A stretch of 32,806 nt of DNA, from the NCBI GenBank assembly GCA_021162505.1, contig JAGGYO010000124.1:1-32806 (forward strand), in the 5' to 3' direction. The stretch comes from a bacterium (GTDB lineage Bacteria > AUK180). The position numbers and the translations under genes were made by a program. Within the stretch, counting starts at the first letter, position 1, and every line of letters starts with the position of its first letter. Positions 9,143 to 16,162 of the stretch are shown here, in pieces. The notes under the pieces were generated by a model. It ran no database searches, was not told where the DNA came from, and saw only the letters and a program-made list of their open reading frames with translations.

Positions 9143-10214
9143 TTCTTCCTCCTAGTGTAATTTTAGAATTATCTCCTACCATCAGGGAAATATAGGCGGA
9201 CATTTTTTTAACGCTTTTTATTTCAACATTTTTTCCCAGTAATGAATGATCAATTCTTCCCTGAATTTTTTCCAGCTTACCGTTTTCCAAAATTATAGAA
9301 TACTCTATTTCACAACCATTCAAGGAACAACCATTGTTAATTGAAGTATAAGGTCCGATATAACAATCTTTAATAACTACATTATCACCAATGATCACCG
9401 GACCCCTAATGGTGCTATTGGAAATGATAGAATTTTTTCCAATATTGACCCGTCCTTGTATCTTTGTATCTTTTGGTATCTTACATGAGATCTTTCCCTC
9501 CATGTCTCTATCCAGAATGATTCTATTTGCCTCAAGAAGATCTTCCAGTTTACCTGTATCTTTCCACCATCCCGTAACGAAGGAATGGCCCACTTTAAAT
9601 TTTTTATCCATTAGATTTTGGATCGCTTCTGTTATCTCGTATTCCCCTCTATGCGAGGGTTTAAGTTTTTCAATAATTGGAAAGATATTTTTATTAAATA
9701 TATAAATACCGCAGAGAGCAAAATTAGACGGCGGATTTTTGGGTTTTTCAATTAATTTTATGACCTTTTTTTTATTGAATTGAGCTACTCCGAATAGTTC
9801 GGGATGCTCAACTTCGGTTAATAAGATCTTACAATCCAGTTTTTTCCTTTTAAAATCGGAAACAAAACCCCTTAGATCCTCATGTAAAAGATTGTCTCCA
9901 AGATATAAAACAAAATCATCATTTTTTAAATAATCTTTGGCGATCTTTACGGCATGGGCGATACCCAGGGGTTCTTTTTGATAGATATAGGTAATTTTGA
10001 TATTCCATTTTTTACCACCCCCTACGACACTTTTTATCTCTTCCTTTGCATCTCCCACAACAATGCCAATATCTTTTATACCCGCTGAAACTATCTGTTC
10101 AATACCGTAGAACAAAACAGGTTTATTGGCTATGGGGATCAGTTGTTTTGATGATGTATAAGTAATGGGTCTCAAACGCGTCCCTTTTCCGCCACTTAAT
10201 AAAAGTGCTTTCAT
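9135..10214 (-). CDS. rfbA: glucose-1-phosphate thymidylyltransferase, long form (C-terminal left-handed beta-helix)
   Basis: GGKGTRLRP, KQLIP, YLGDN, EKP, GWWKDTG, hexapeptide tail. Confidence 0.9.
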   Translation of the reverse strand: MKALLLSGGKGTRLRPITYTSSKQLIPIANKPVLFYGIEQIVSAGIKDIGIVVGDAKEEIKSVVGGGKKWNIKITYIYQKEPLGIAHAVKIAKDYLKNDDFVLYLGDNLLHEDLRGFVSDFKRKKLDCKILLTEVEHPELFGVAQFNKKKVIKLIEKPKNPPSNFALCGIYIFNKNIFPIIEKLKPSHRGEYEITEAIQNLMDKKFKVGHSFVTGWWKDTGKLEDLLEANRIILDRDMEGKISCKIPKDTKIQGRVNIGKNSIISNSTIRGPVIIGDNVVIKDCYIGPYTSINNGCSLNGCEIEYSIILENGKLEKIQGRIDHSLLGKNVEIKSVKKMSAYISLMVGDNSKITLGGRND

Positions 10215-10440
10215 CTTTGCTCCTTTACTGTATTTTATAACAAATCTTAAAAAAAGTAAAGGGAAAAAACAAATACAATTGACAATGGTGGTTCATCTCC
10301 ATTTTAGTTGCTTGATTTCCCAATAAAACCCTGGTTACCATTGAGAACAAAGCAGTCTATATAGTGGGATTATATTTGGTCATTCCTGCGTTGTCAGTTC
10401 TCGAATCAGATGGGGGCGTAGAAATTCAGAAAACCAAAAA

Positions 10441-10470
10441 CTGGATTATCGGGTCAAGCCCGATAATGAC
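10441..10470 (-). repeat. REP-like CGTC-tagged palindrome, copy 1
   Basis: Minus strand GTC-ATTATCGGG-CTTGA-CCCGATAAT-CCAG. Confidence 0.85.
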
Positions 10471-10516
10471 GGGAAAAAAGATGCTGACAGAAAAAAAATA
10501 ATAATTGAAAAAAAAA

Positions 10517-10545
10517 TGGATTATCGGGTCAAGCTCGATAATGAC
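10517..10545 (-). repeat. REP-like CGTC-tagged palindrome, copy 2
   Basis: Copy of 10441-10470 with one substitution. Confidence 0.85.
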
Positions 10546-10603
10546 GGAATGAGTGAGTAAAACCATTTGAACAAAGTACCATATTGGCGAAATGTTTTTC
10601 TCC

Positions 10604-10630
10604 GTCATTCCTGCGAAGGCAGGAATCCAG
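10604..10630 (+). repeat. REP-like palindrome (dRS3-like core), copy 3
   Basis: GTC-ATTCCTGC-GAAG-GCAGGAAT-CCAG. Confidence 0.85.
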
Positions 10631-10668
10631 TAACTTTTATTTTTTTTTAAAATATATTATAATACATT

Positions 10669-10943
10669 ATGAATGGATGTGTCTATATAATAGCAAGTAA
10701 AAGAAATGGAACTATATACATAGGAGTTACTAATAATTTAATAAAAAGGATATAAGAACATAAAAATAATTTAGTGGGAGGTTTTACTAAGAAATACCGG
10801 GTTCATAACCTTGTTTATTATGAAGTATATGAACGAATTATAGATGCAATTGCAAGAGAAAAACAGTTAAAGAAATGGAAAAAAAGATGGAAAACAAATT
10901 TAATTGAAAAAAAAATCCAGAATGGTGAGATTTATATGAAGAA
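10669..10943 (+). pseudogene. short GIY-YIG nuclease pseudogene
   Basis: MNGCVYIIASKRNGTIYIGVTNNLIKRI*EHK...AIAREKQLKKW...NPEW*DLYEE. In-frame TAA at 10753-10755, frameshift in the poly-A run 10907-10915, and a further TGA. Confidence 0.85.
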
Positions 10944-10968
10944 AGTGTTGCAATTTCCTTTTTTCCCT

Positions 10969-10995
10969 GTCATTCCGTGCTTGACACGGAATCTA
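10969..10995 (+). repeat. REP-like palindrome, copy 4
   Basis: GTC-ATTCCGTG-CTTGA-CACGGAAT-CTA. Confidence 0.8.
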
Positions 10996-11081
10996 TCTTT
11001 GAAGGTTACCCCTCTCTAATCCCCAACCTATGTTTTTCTATCCGCGGTTTAAAGAACACTATCTCGCAAAAAACTAATAAT

Positions 11082-11110
11082 TTGATTTATAATGCTAAAA
11101 GTGATAGAAT
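11082..11110 (+). promoter_or_regulatory. sigma70-type promoter A with extended -10
   Basis: TTGATT-17 bp-TAGAAT preceded by TGn; homologous to 12940-12968. Confidence 0.6.
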
Positions 11111-11117
11111 TAGATAT

Positions 11118-11216
11118 ATGAGAAAGAATAAAATCAGAATAATGAAAGGGCGGGTTGGAAAAAGAATAAGTCCATTAGAGAATTTAGAAATAGGGAGAGA
11201 TAGTAAATATCAGTAA
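11118..11216 (+). CDS. putative leaderless small peptide A (32 aa)
   Basis: MRKNKIRIMKGRVGKRISPLENLEIGRDSKYQ; 7 nt between the -10 box and ATG; ungapped paralog at 12976. Confidence 0.45.
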   Translation: MRKNKIRIMKGRVGKRISPLENLEIGRDSKYQ

Positions 11217-11229
11217 AAGTTAAAGAAAA

Positions 11230-11259
11230 GTTTATACGAAGTTTCCTTCGGATATAAAC
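11230..11259 (+). promoter_or_regulatory. imperfect inverted repeat (operator or attenuator hairpin)
   Basis: GTTTATA-CGAAG-TTTC-CTTCG-GA-TATAAAC; shares TCGGATATAAA with 13135-13160. Confidence 0.45.
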
Positions 11260-11348
11260 AACTTAGCTATCTACCATTTGAAATATAAACTTGCGTTTCC
11301 CTAAATTTGATTATAATGCTACGAGATATTAATAAAAAAGAGGAAGAT

Positions 11349-11792
11349 ATGATACTAAAAAATTTTAACTCGCTAAATAAACCACCCTTGGAAGAAAAAC
11401 GCAACATAGTTGGTTTTATGTTTAATCATCTTGAAAAATTTAGTGATCCAAGAGCAGATATTGAAAAAGCTATTGATTATTCGTTACAAGAATATTCATC
11501 TTTTGGCGGTTTTGTTTTAATAGCAAAAAATGACAAAGAGATTATAGATGCAGTAGTTGTAAATCAGACAGGAATGAAAGATTATATTCCTGAAAATATA
11601 TTAGTTTACATAGCAATCCATGAAGACCACAGGGGAATAGGTGTTGGAAAACAAATATTGAAAAGATCAATAGAATTACCAGAAGGTGATATTGTACTAC
11701 ATGTTGAACCTGATAATCCAGCAAAATTTCTTTATGAGAAAGTCGGATTTACAAGCAAATATATTGAAATGAGATATAAAAAAGGAGAATAA
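11349..11792 (+). CDS. GNAT-family N-acetyltransferase
   Basis: HRGIGVGK acetyl-CoA motif and NPAKFLYEKVGF. ATG 11349 has a GAGG RBS; the ORF track starts at 11307. Confidence 0.88.
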   Translation: MILKNFNSLNKPPLEEKRNIVGFMFNHLEKFSDPRADIEKAIDYSLQEYSSFGGFVLIAKNDKEIIDAVVVNQTGMKDYIPENILVYIAIHEDHRGIGVGKQILKRSIELPEGDIVLHVEPDNPAKFLYEKVGFTSKYIEMRYKKGE

Positions 11793-12871
11793 TGGCTTTT
11801 TTAACCTTAGATATAAAAAAATTAAAATTAAACTTTGATTATCTTAATACTCTTTTTAAAAAAAATAAGATTGAGTGGGCTGTTGTATCAAAAGTGTTAT
11901 GTGGAAATAAAAAATATTTAACTGAATTATTAAAATTTGACATAAATCAAGTATCAGATTCTCGTGTATCTAATTTAAAAGTAATAAAATCTATAAATTC
12001 TAAAATTAAAACAATATATATTAAACCACCGGCGAAGCGCTCTATTCCAAGTATTGTAAAATATGCAGATGTGAGCATGAATACTGAAATAGAAACAATT
12101 AAACTATTATCAGAAGAAGCCAAAAAGCAGAACAAAATTCATAAGATAATAATTATGATAGAACTTGGAGAACTTCGAGAAGGCGTATTAGGTGAACATT
12201 TAATTGATTTCTATGAAAGTGTTTTTAAATTAAAAAATATTGAAGTAATAGGACTTGGTGCAAATTTAGCTTGTTTGTATGGCGTTTTGCCAAATAATGA
12301 CAAATTAATTCAGTTAAGTTTATATAAACAGTTAATTAAAGCAAAATTTAACAAGCAAATACTTTATGTTTCAGGTGGTTCGTCAGTAACAATCCCTTTG
12401 ATATTTCAAAATCTTTTACCAGAAGGAATTAATCATTTTAGAGTAGGTGAAACATTATTTCTTGGAACAGATGTTTACAACAATAAAAAATTAAAAAAAA
12501 TGCACTCTGATGTATTTAGACTATACTCTGAAATAATCGAATTAATAGAAAAACCAATTGTTCCTATTGGTGAATTTGGGACAAATGTTGAAGGAGAAGA
12601 TTTTGAATTTGACCAAACCAATATTGGAGAAACATCGTACAGAGCAATTATTGATTTAGGTCTTCTTGACGCAGAGCCGGATCATCTTGGATTAATTGAT
12701 AAAAGCTTCAAATTTGCTGGTGCAAGCTCTGATATGATGGTAATTGATCTTGGTGAAAATAAGAAGAAATATAAAGTTGGAGACTTGATCAAGATTAAGT
12801 TAGATTATATGGGATTGCTTAGAATAATGAACTCTAAATATATTGAGAAAAGATTAAAAAACAGTAGTTAA
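11792..12871 (+). CDS. PLP-dependent amino-acid racemase, alanine/ornithine racemase (YhfX/Orr-like) family
   Basis: PLP lysine in VVSKVLCG; SDSRVSN, ELGELREG, SGGSS, FRVGE, GASSD; TAATG coupling to the GNAT. Confidence 0.88.
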   Translation: MAFLTLDIKKLKLNFDYLNTLFKKNKIEWAVVSKVLCGNKKYLTELLKFDINQVSDSRVSNLKVIKSINSKIKTIYIKPPAKRSIPSIVKYADVSMNTEIETIKLLSEEAKKQNKIHKIIIMIELGELREGVLGEHLIDFYESVFKLKNIEVIGLGANLACLYGVLPNNDKLIQLSLYKQLIKAKFNKQILYVSGGSSVTIPLIFQNLLPEGINHFRVGETLFLGTDVYNNKKLKKMHSDVFRLYSEIIELIEKPIVPIGEFGTNVEGEDFEFDQTNIGETSYRAIIDLGLLDAEPDHLGLIDKSFKFAGASSDMMVIDLGENKKKYKVGDLIKIKLDYMGLLRIMNSKYIEKRLKNSS

Positions 12872-12939
12872 AGGAACCTTTTCTAATTTTATTTGTGTTA
12901 TTTACACTATCTTATATTCGTGTAATTTGCAGGAATAAT

Positions 12940-12968
12940 TTGATTTATGAGATTAAATGTGTTATAAC
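12940..12968 (+). promoter_or_regulatory. sigma70-type promoter B with extended -10
   Basis: TTGATT-17 bp-TATAAC preceded by TGn; homologous to promoter A. Confidence 0.55.
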
Positions 12969-12975
12969 TAAGTGA

Positions 12976-13068
12976 ATGAGAATGTATAAAATCAAAAGAA
13001 CTAAAGAACAGATTAGGAAAATAAGAAGTCCATTAGACGATATGAAAGTGGATAAAGAGGATTTATGA
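12976..13068 (+). CDS. putative leaderless small peptide B (30 aa)
   Basis: MRMYKIKRTKEQIRKIRSPLDDMKVDKEDL; 7 nt between the -10 box and ATG; paralog of peptide A. Confidence 0.45.
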   Translation: MRMYKIKRTKEQIRKIRSPLDDMKVDKEDL

Positions 13069-13134
13069 AAGAACAAATTTATTCTATGATAGAGATGCAT
13101 ATCCAACACAGTCGTGTATACGCCCAAAACAGAA

Positions 13135-13159
13135 TTATATCCGACATTGTCGGATATAA
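13135..13159. promoter_or_regulatory. perfect 12-1-12 inverted repeat (candidate operator)
   Basis: TTATATCCGACA-T-TGTCGGATATAA. Confidence 0.6.
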
Positions 13160-13267
13160 AAAGTTATGTAAAATAAATTCAGAGCCCTTTATCAATAAAT
13201 ATATACCCCTCCAATTACTGTGTTCAATAATTGGTAATTTAAAATCTATCAATTTAGGTGATAACAC

Positions 13268-14350
13268 ATGAACGCGAAAGCAATAGTATATTGCGAAAAT
13301 CAATTCGGGAAGATGGATGGAAAGATCACGAATGGACTTGTTAGGTACTCTAAAAAGTATGAGATTGTCGGTATTATTGACAGCTCAAAAGTTGGTATGG
13401 ACGCTGGGGAATATCTCGATGGAATAAAAAACGGGATACCGATATTCCATGACCTTGATGACGCTATTGAAAGGTTAGAGGAGCGTCCTAAATATTTTAT
13501 ATATGGCGTTGCACCCCTTGAGGCGTTTCTTACGAAGGAACAGCGGAATATAGTGCTCAAGGCTGTAGAAAAAGGGATGGATATAGTGAACGGCCTCCAT
13601 GAGTTCTTAACCCAGGATGAAGAGTTTATACGAAAAGCAAAGAAATATGGCGTCAAGATATACGATATTAGAAAGCCTCCGGCGAAAAAGGATCTTCATC
13701 TCTTCTCCGGGCGCATTCTTAAAGTCAATATACCAATAGTGACCATACTTGGCACAGACAGCGCAGTTGGAAAGAGAACCACTTCTGTACTACTTGCGGA
13801 AGCCTTGAAAAAAGAGGGTTTGAATGTTGCATTTGTGGCAACCGGCCAGACAGGATTGATTCAAGGTGCAAAGTATGGCGTTGCATTAGATGCCATTATA
13901 GAGGAATTTATGACAGGAGAGATCGAAAACACAGTTATGGAGGCATATGATACGGAAGATCCAGATATAATCATAGTTGAGGGCCAAGGCGCATTGAGCC
14001 ATCCAGCATACCTTAGTTCATGTGCTATTATACGGGGTGCGAGACCACGGGCAATCATAGTTCAGCACCCTCCGAAAAGAAAGAACATCGGAGATTTCCC
14101 CTATATACCAATGCCAACCCTGGAAAGTGAGATAGAGCTATTAGAGGTTTTTTCAAGATCAAAGGTAATTGCCATCACACTCAACCATGAAGATATGACG
14201 GATGAGGAGATCAAAGAGACCATAGCCGAGTATGAAAAAAAGCTCCAACTGCCAACGACAGATGCTCTAAAATATGGATGCAAAAAGCTTGTCAAAAGGA
14301 TATTCAAAGTATTTCCAGAATTACACTCATCTTTATCCCAAGACCTCTAA
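13268..14350 (+). CDS. DUF1611-family protein (DgcN-like, P-loop-like)
   Basis: NGLHEFL, GTDSAVGKRTT, ATGQTG, EGQGALSHPAY; AGGTGA RBS. Confidence 0.88.
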   Translation: MNAKAIVYCENQFGKMDGKITNGLVRYSKKYEIVGIIDSSKVGMDAGEYLDGIKNGIPIFHDLDDAIERLEERPKYFIYGVAPLEAFLTKEQRNIVLKAVEKGMDIVNGLHEFLTQDEEFIRKAKKYGVKIYDIRKPPAKKDLHLFSGRILKVNIPIVTILGTDSAVGKRTTSVLLAEALKKEGLNVAFVATGQTGLIQGAKYGVALDAIIEEFMTGEIENTVMEAYDTEDPDIIIVEGQGALSHPAYLSSCAIIRGARPRAIIVQHPPKRKNIGDFPYIPMPTLESEIELLEVFSRSKVIAITLNHEDMTDEEIKETIAEYEKKLQLPTTDALKYGCKKLVKRIFKVFPELHSSLSQDL

Positions 14351-14472
14351 AAAGGGATAAAAAGGGTTATTTTTACTCTATCTAAAAACATTATTTCCCG
14401 GTATAGTTATAATTATATTTTCCCTTCTCTCTAAAATTCAACCGTAGTCCCCAAAAATTTCAAAAAAAATCG

Positions 14473-14515
14473 TGTAAATCGGGTTACATTCGTTATTCTC
14501 TTATTTTGGTATGAT
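14473..14515 (+). promoter_or_regulatory. candidate CRP/FNR-family class II promoter
   Basis: TGTAA-N6-TTACA (GTA-N8-TAC), 22 bp, then TATGAT preceded by TGG. Confidence 0.4.
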
Positions 14516-14620
14516 AAACTTGGGTTAGAACGAACAATTAAAAAATCAGTAAAATTAGGCGTTATGAAAAACGGTAAAAACAATTATTGTTTATCAATTT
14601 AGTATAGAATGACAGAAAAT

Positions 14621-14712
14621 AAGTCAAAGGGCAAAGGTCTAATGTCCAAAATTGTGAATAGAAAGATAAAAAAACTTATGATTTGAAATTTGAGGTTTAG
14701 AATTTGAAATTT
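14621..14712. repeat. degenerate heptamer-like repeats in facing orientation
   Basis: AAGTCAAAGGGCAAAGGTCTAATGTCCAAA ... ATTTGAAATTTGAGGTTTAGAATTTGAAATTT. Confidence 0.45.
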
Positions 14713-14776
14713 TTAATTGTTCTGCCATTTTTCGATAATCATTATTCACTTTTTACTTATTTTGGTATAATAAGCA

Positions 14777-16138
14777 ATGAAAAACGGGAAAGAACCTAAA
14801 CTCATTCAAGGGAATGTCCAAAAAACCATATTAAAACTAACCTTTCATATGTTCTGGGGAATGGTCGCAATGGTAACATTTAATTTAGTGGATACATATT
14901 ATGTAAGTAGATTAGGTACAGACCAATTGGCGGCTATGGCATTCACATTTCCCATAATTATGATATTAAATGGAATTGCACTCGGTATAGGGACAGGAAC
15001 TTCTGCCGTTATATCGGTTGTTTTAGGCCGTGGAGATCACGAAGAAGCAGAGCGTTTAGCCACCGATAGCTTGAGCCTGGGATTCATAGTTGTCTTAATA
15101 TTTATTTTATTCGGTTATCTTACCATTGATCCGGTATTTAAAGCAATGGGAGCAAAGCCTGAAATACTTGCTTATATAAAAAAATATATGCTTATTTGGT
15201 ATGCCGGTGTTCCCTTTGTAGTATTTCCAATGATAGGCAATATGGCTATTCGAGCGACAGGGGATATGAAAACTCCGAGCTTTATTATGATCATGGCGGT
15301 CATAGTAAATATGATATTGGATCCATTATTGATATTCGGTATTGGTATTTTCCCCAAAATGGGTCTTTCCGGAGCTGCTCTTGCAACCGTATTTGCACGA
15401 TTTACCACATTTTCCTTATCATTATATGTACTTGGAATAAGATACAAATTGATAACCTTAAAAATTATTCCCCTAAAAAGAATCCTGCGCTCGTGGGGAA
15501 AGGTCTTGTATATAGGTCTACCCACTGCATTAATGAGGGTGATTCTACCATTGGGAATGGGGATAATCACCAGAATATTAGCGGGTTATGGAAAACACGC
15601 GGTTGCAGGATTTGGTATTGCTACCAGGATTGAATTTTTGGGTTTCACGGTTATAATTGCTCTCTCTTCCGTGATAGCTCCCTTTGTAGGTCAGAACTTA
15701 GGAGCAAAAAAGATAAATAGGATCAATGAAGGTGTAAGATTCAGCAATATCTTTTCTATTTTTTATGGATTGCTCTTGTTTATAATACTTGTTTTTTTGA
15801 GTAAACCAATTGCAATGCTTTTCAATAAAGACCCTAAGGTCATTTATGCCACAATGACATATTTAAAGATCGCTTCATTGGCTTATGGTCTCTACGGAAT
15901 AATGATCATAACGAATTCGGTATTAAATGTCATAAAAAAACCATATTACAGTGCCGGTATAATATTTACACAGATCTTTGTTCTTTATGTACCGCTTGCT
16001 TTTTTAGGATCGTATCTTTTTGGTTTAAAAGGAGTATTTATAGGTGCTTTTTTTGCATACGCACTTGCGGGCCTTTTGAGTTTGTTCATTGAAGGAAAAT
16101 TATTGCACAAACTTGAAATGAAAATTCTTGATACTTGA
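14777..16138 (+). CDS. MATE-family efflux transporter
   Basis: About 12 TM segments; NLVDT...SRLG, RATGDMKTP, NMILDPLLIFG, GQNLGAK. Confidence 0.93.
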   Translation: MKNGKEPKLIQGNVQKTILKLTFHMFWGMVAMVTFNLVDTYYVSRLGTDQLAAMAFTFPIIMILNGIALGIGTGTSAVISVVLGRGDHEEAERLATDSLSLGFIVVLIFILFGYLTIDPVFKAMGAKPEILAYIKKYMLIWYAGVPFVVFPMIGNMAIRATGDMKTPSFIMIMAVIVNMILDPLLIFGIGIFPKMGLSGAALATVFARFTTFSLSLYVLGIRYKLITLKIIPLKRILRSWGKVLYIGLPTALMRVILPLGMGIITRILAGYGKHAVAGFGIATRIEFLGFTVIIALSSVIAPFVGQNLGAKKINRINEGVRFSNIFSIFYGLLLFIILVFLSKPIAMLFNKDPKVIYATMTYLKIASLAYGLYGIMIITNSVLNVIKKPYYSAGIIFTQIFVLYVPLAFLGSYLFGLKGVFIGAFFAYALAGLLSLFIEGKLLHKLEMKILDT

Positions 16139-16162
16139 AACTGTTTTGGGAAAATTATTCCC

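Noticed and set aside
10280-10345. tRNA fragment (GGTGGTTCATCTCC)
   Set aside because: Only a loose T-arm resemblance; no cloverleaf could be built.
10426-10608. 60-aa minus-strand ORF with a VIIxLDPII repeat
   Set aside because: The repeat is simply the translation of the two palindromes.
10441-10630. CRISPR array or integron attC sites from the palindromes
   Set aside because: Mixed orientations, differing stems, no attC R boxes and no integrase; they fit REP-like repeats better.
10669-10943. Stop-codon recoding or programmed frameshift rescuing the GIY-YIG gene
   Set aside because: It has three independent lesions, and TAA and TGA are normal stops elsewhere in the window.
10774-11019. 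81-aa ORF as an intact gene
   Set aside because: It is the post-stop fragment of the GIY-YIG pseudogene and runs out of frame after the poly-A run.
10977-11117. N-terminal extension of the 79-aa ORF
   Set aside because: It starts inside a palindrome and crosses promoter A; coding similarity to the second copy starts at ATG 11118.
11118-13068. Peptides A and B as type I toxins or classical RiPP precursors
   Set aside because: They are not hydrophobic, lack a Cys/Ser/Thr-rich core, and no recognisable RiPP maturase or peptidase lies nearby.
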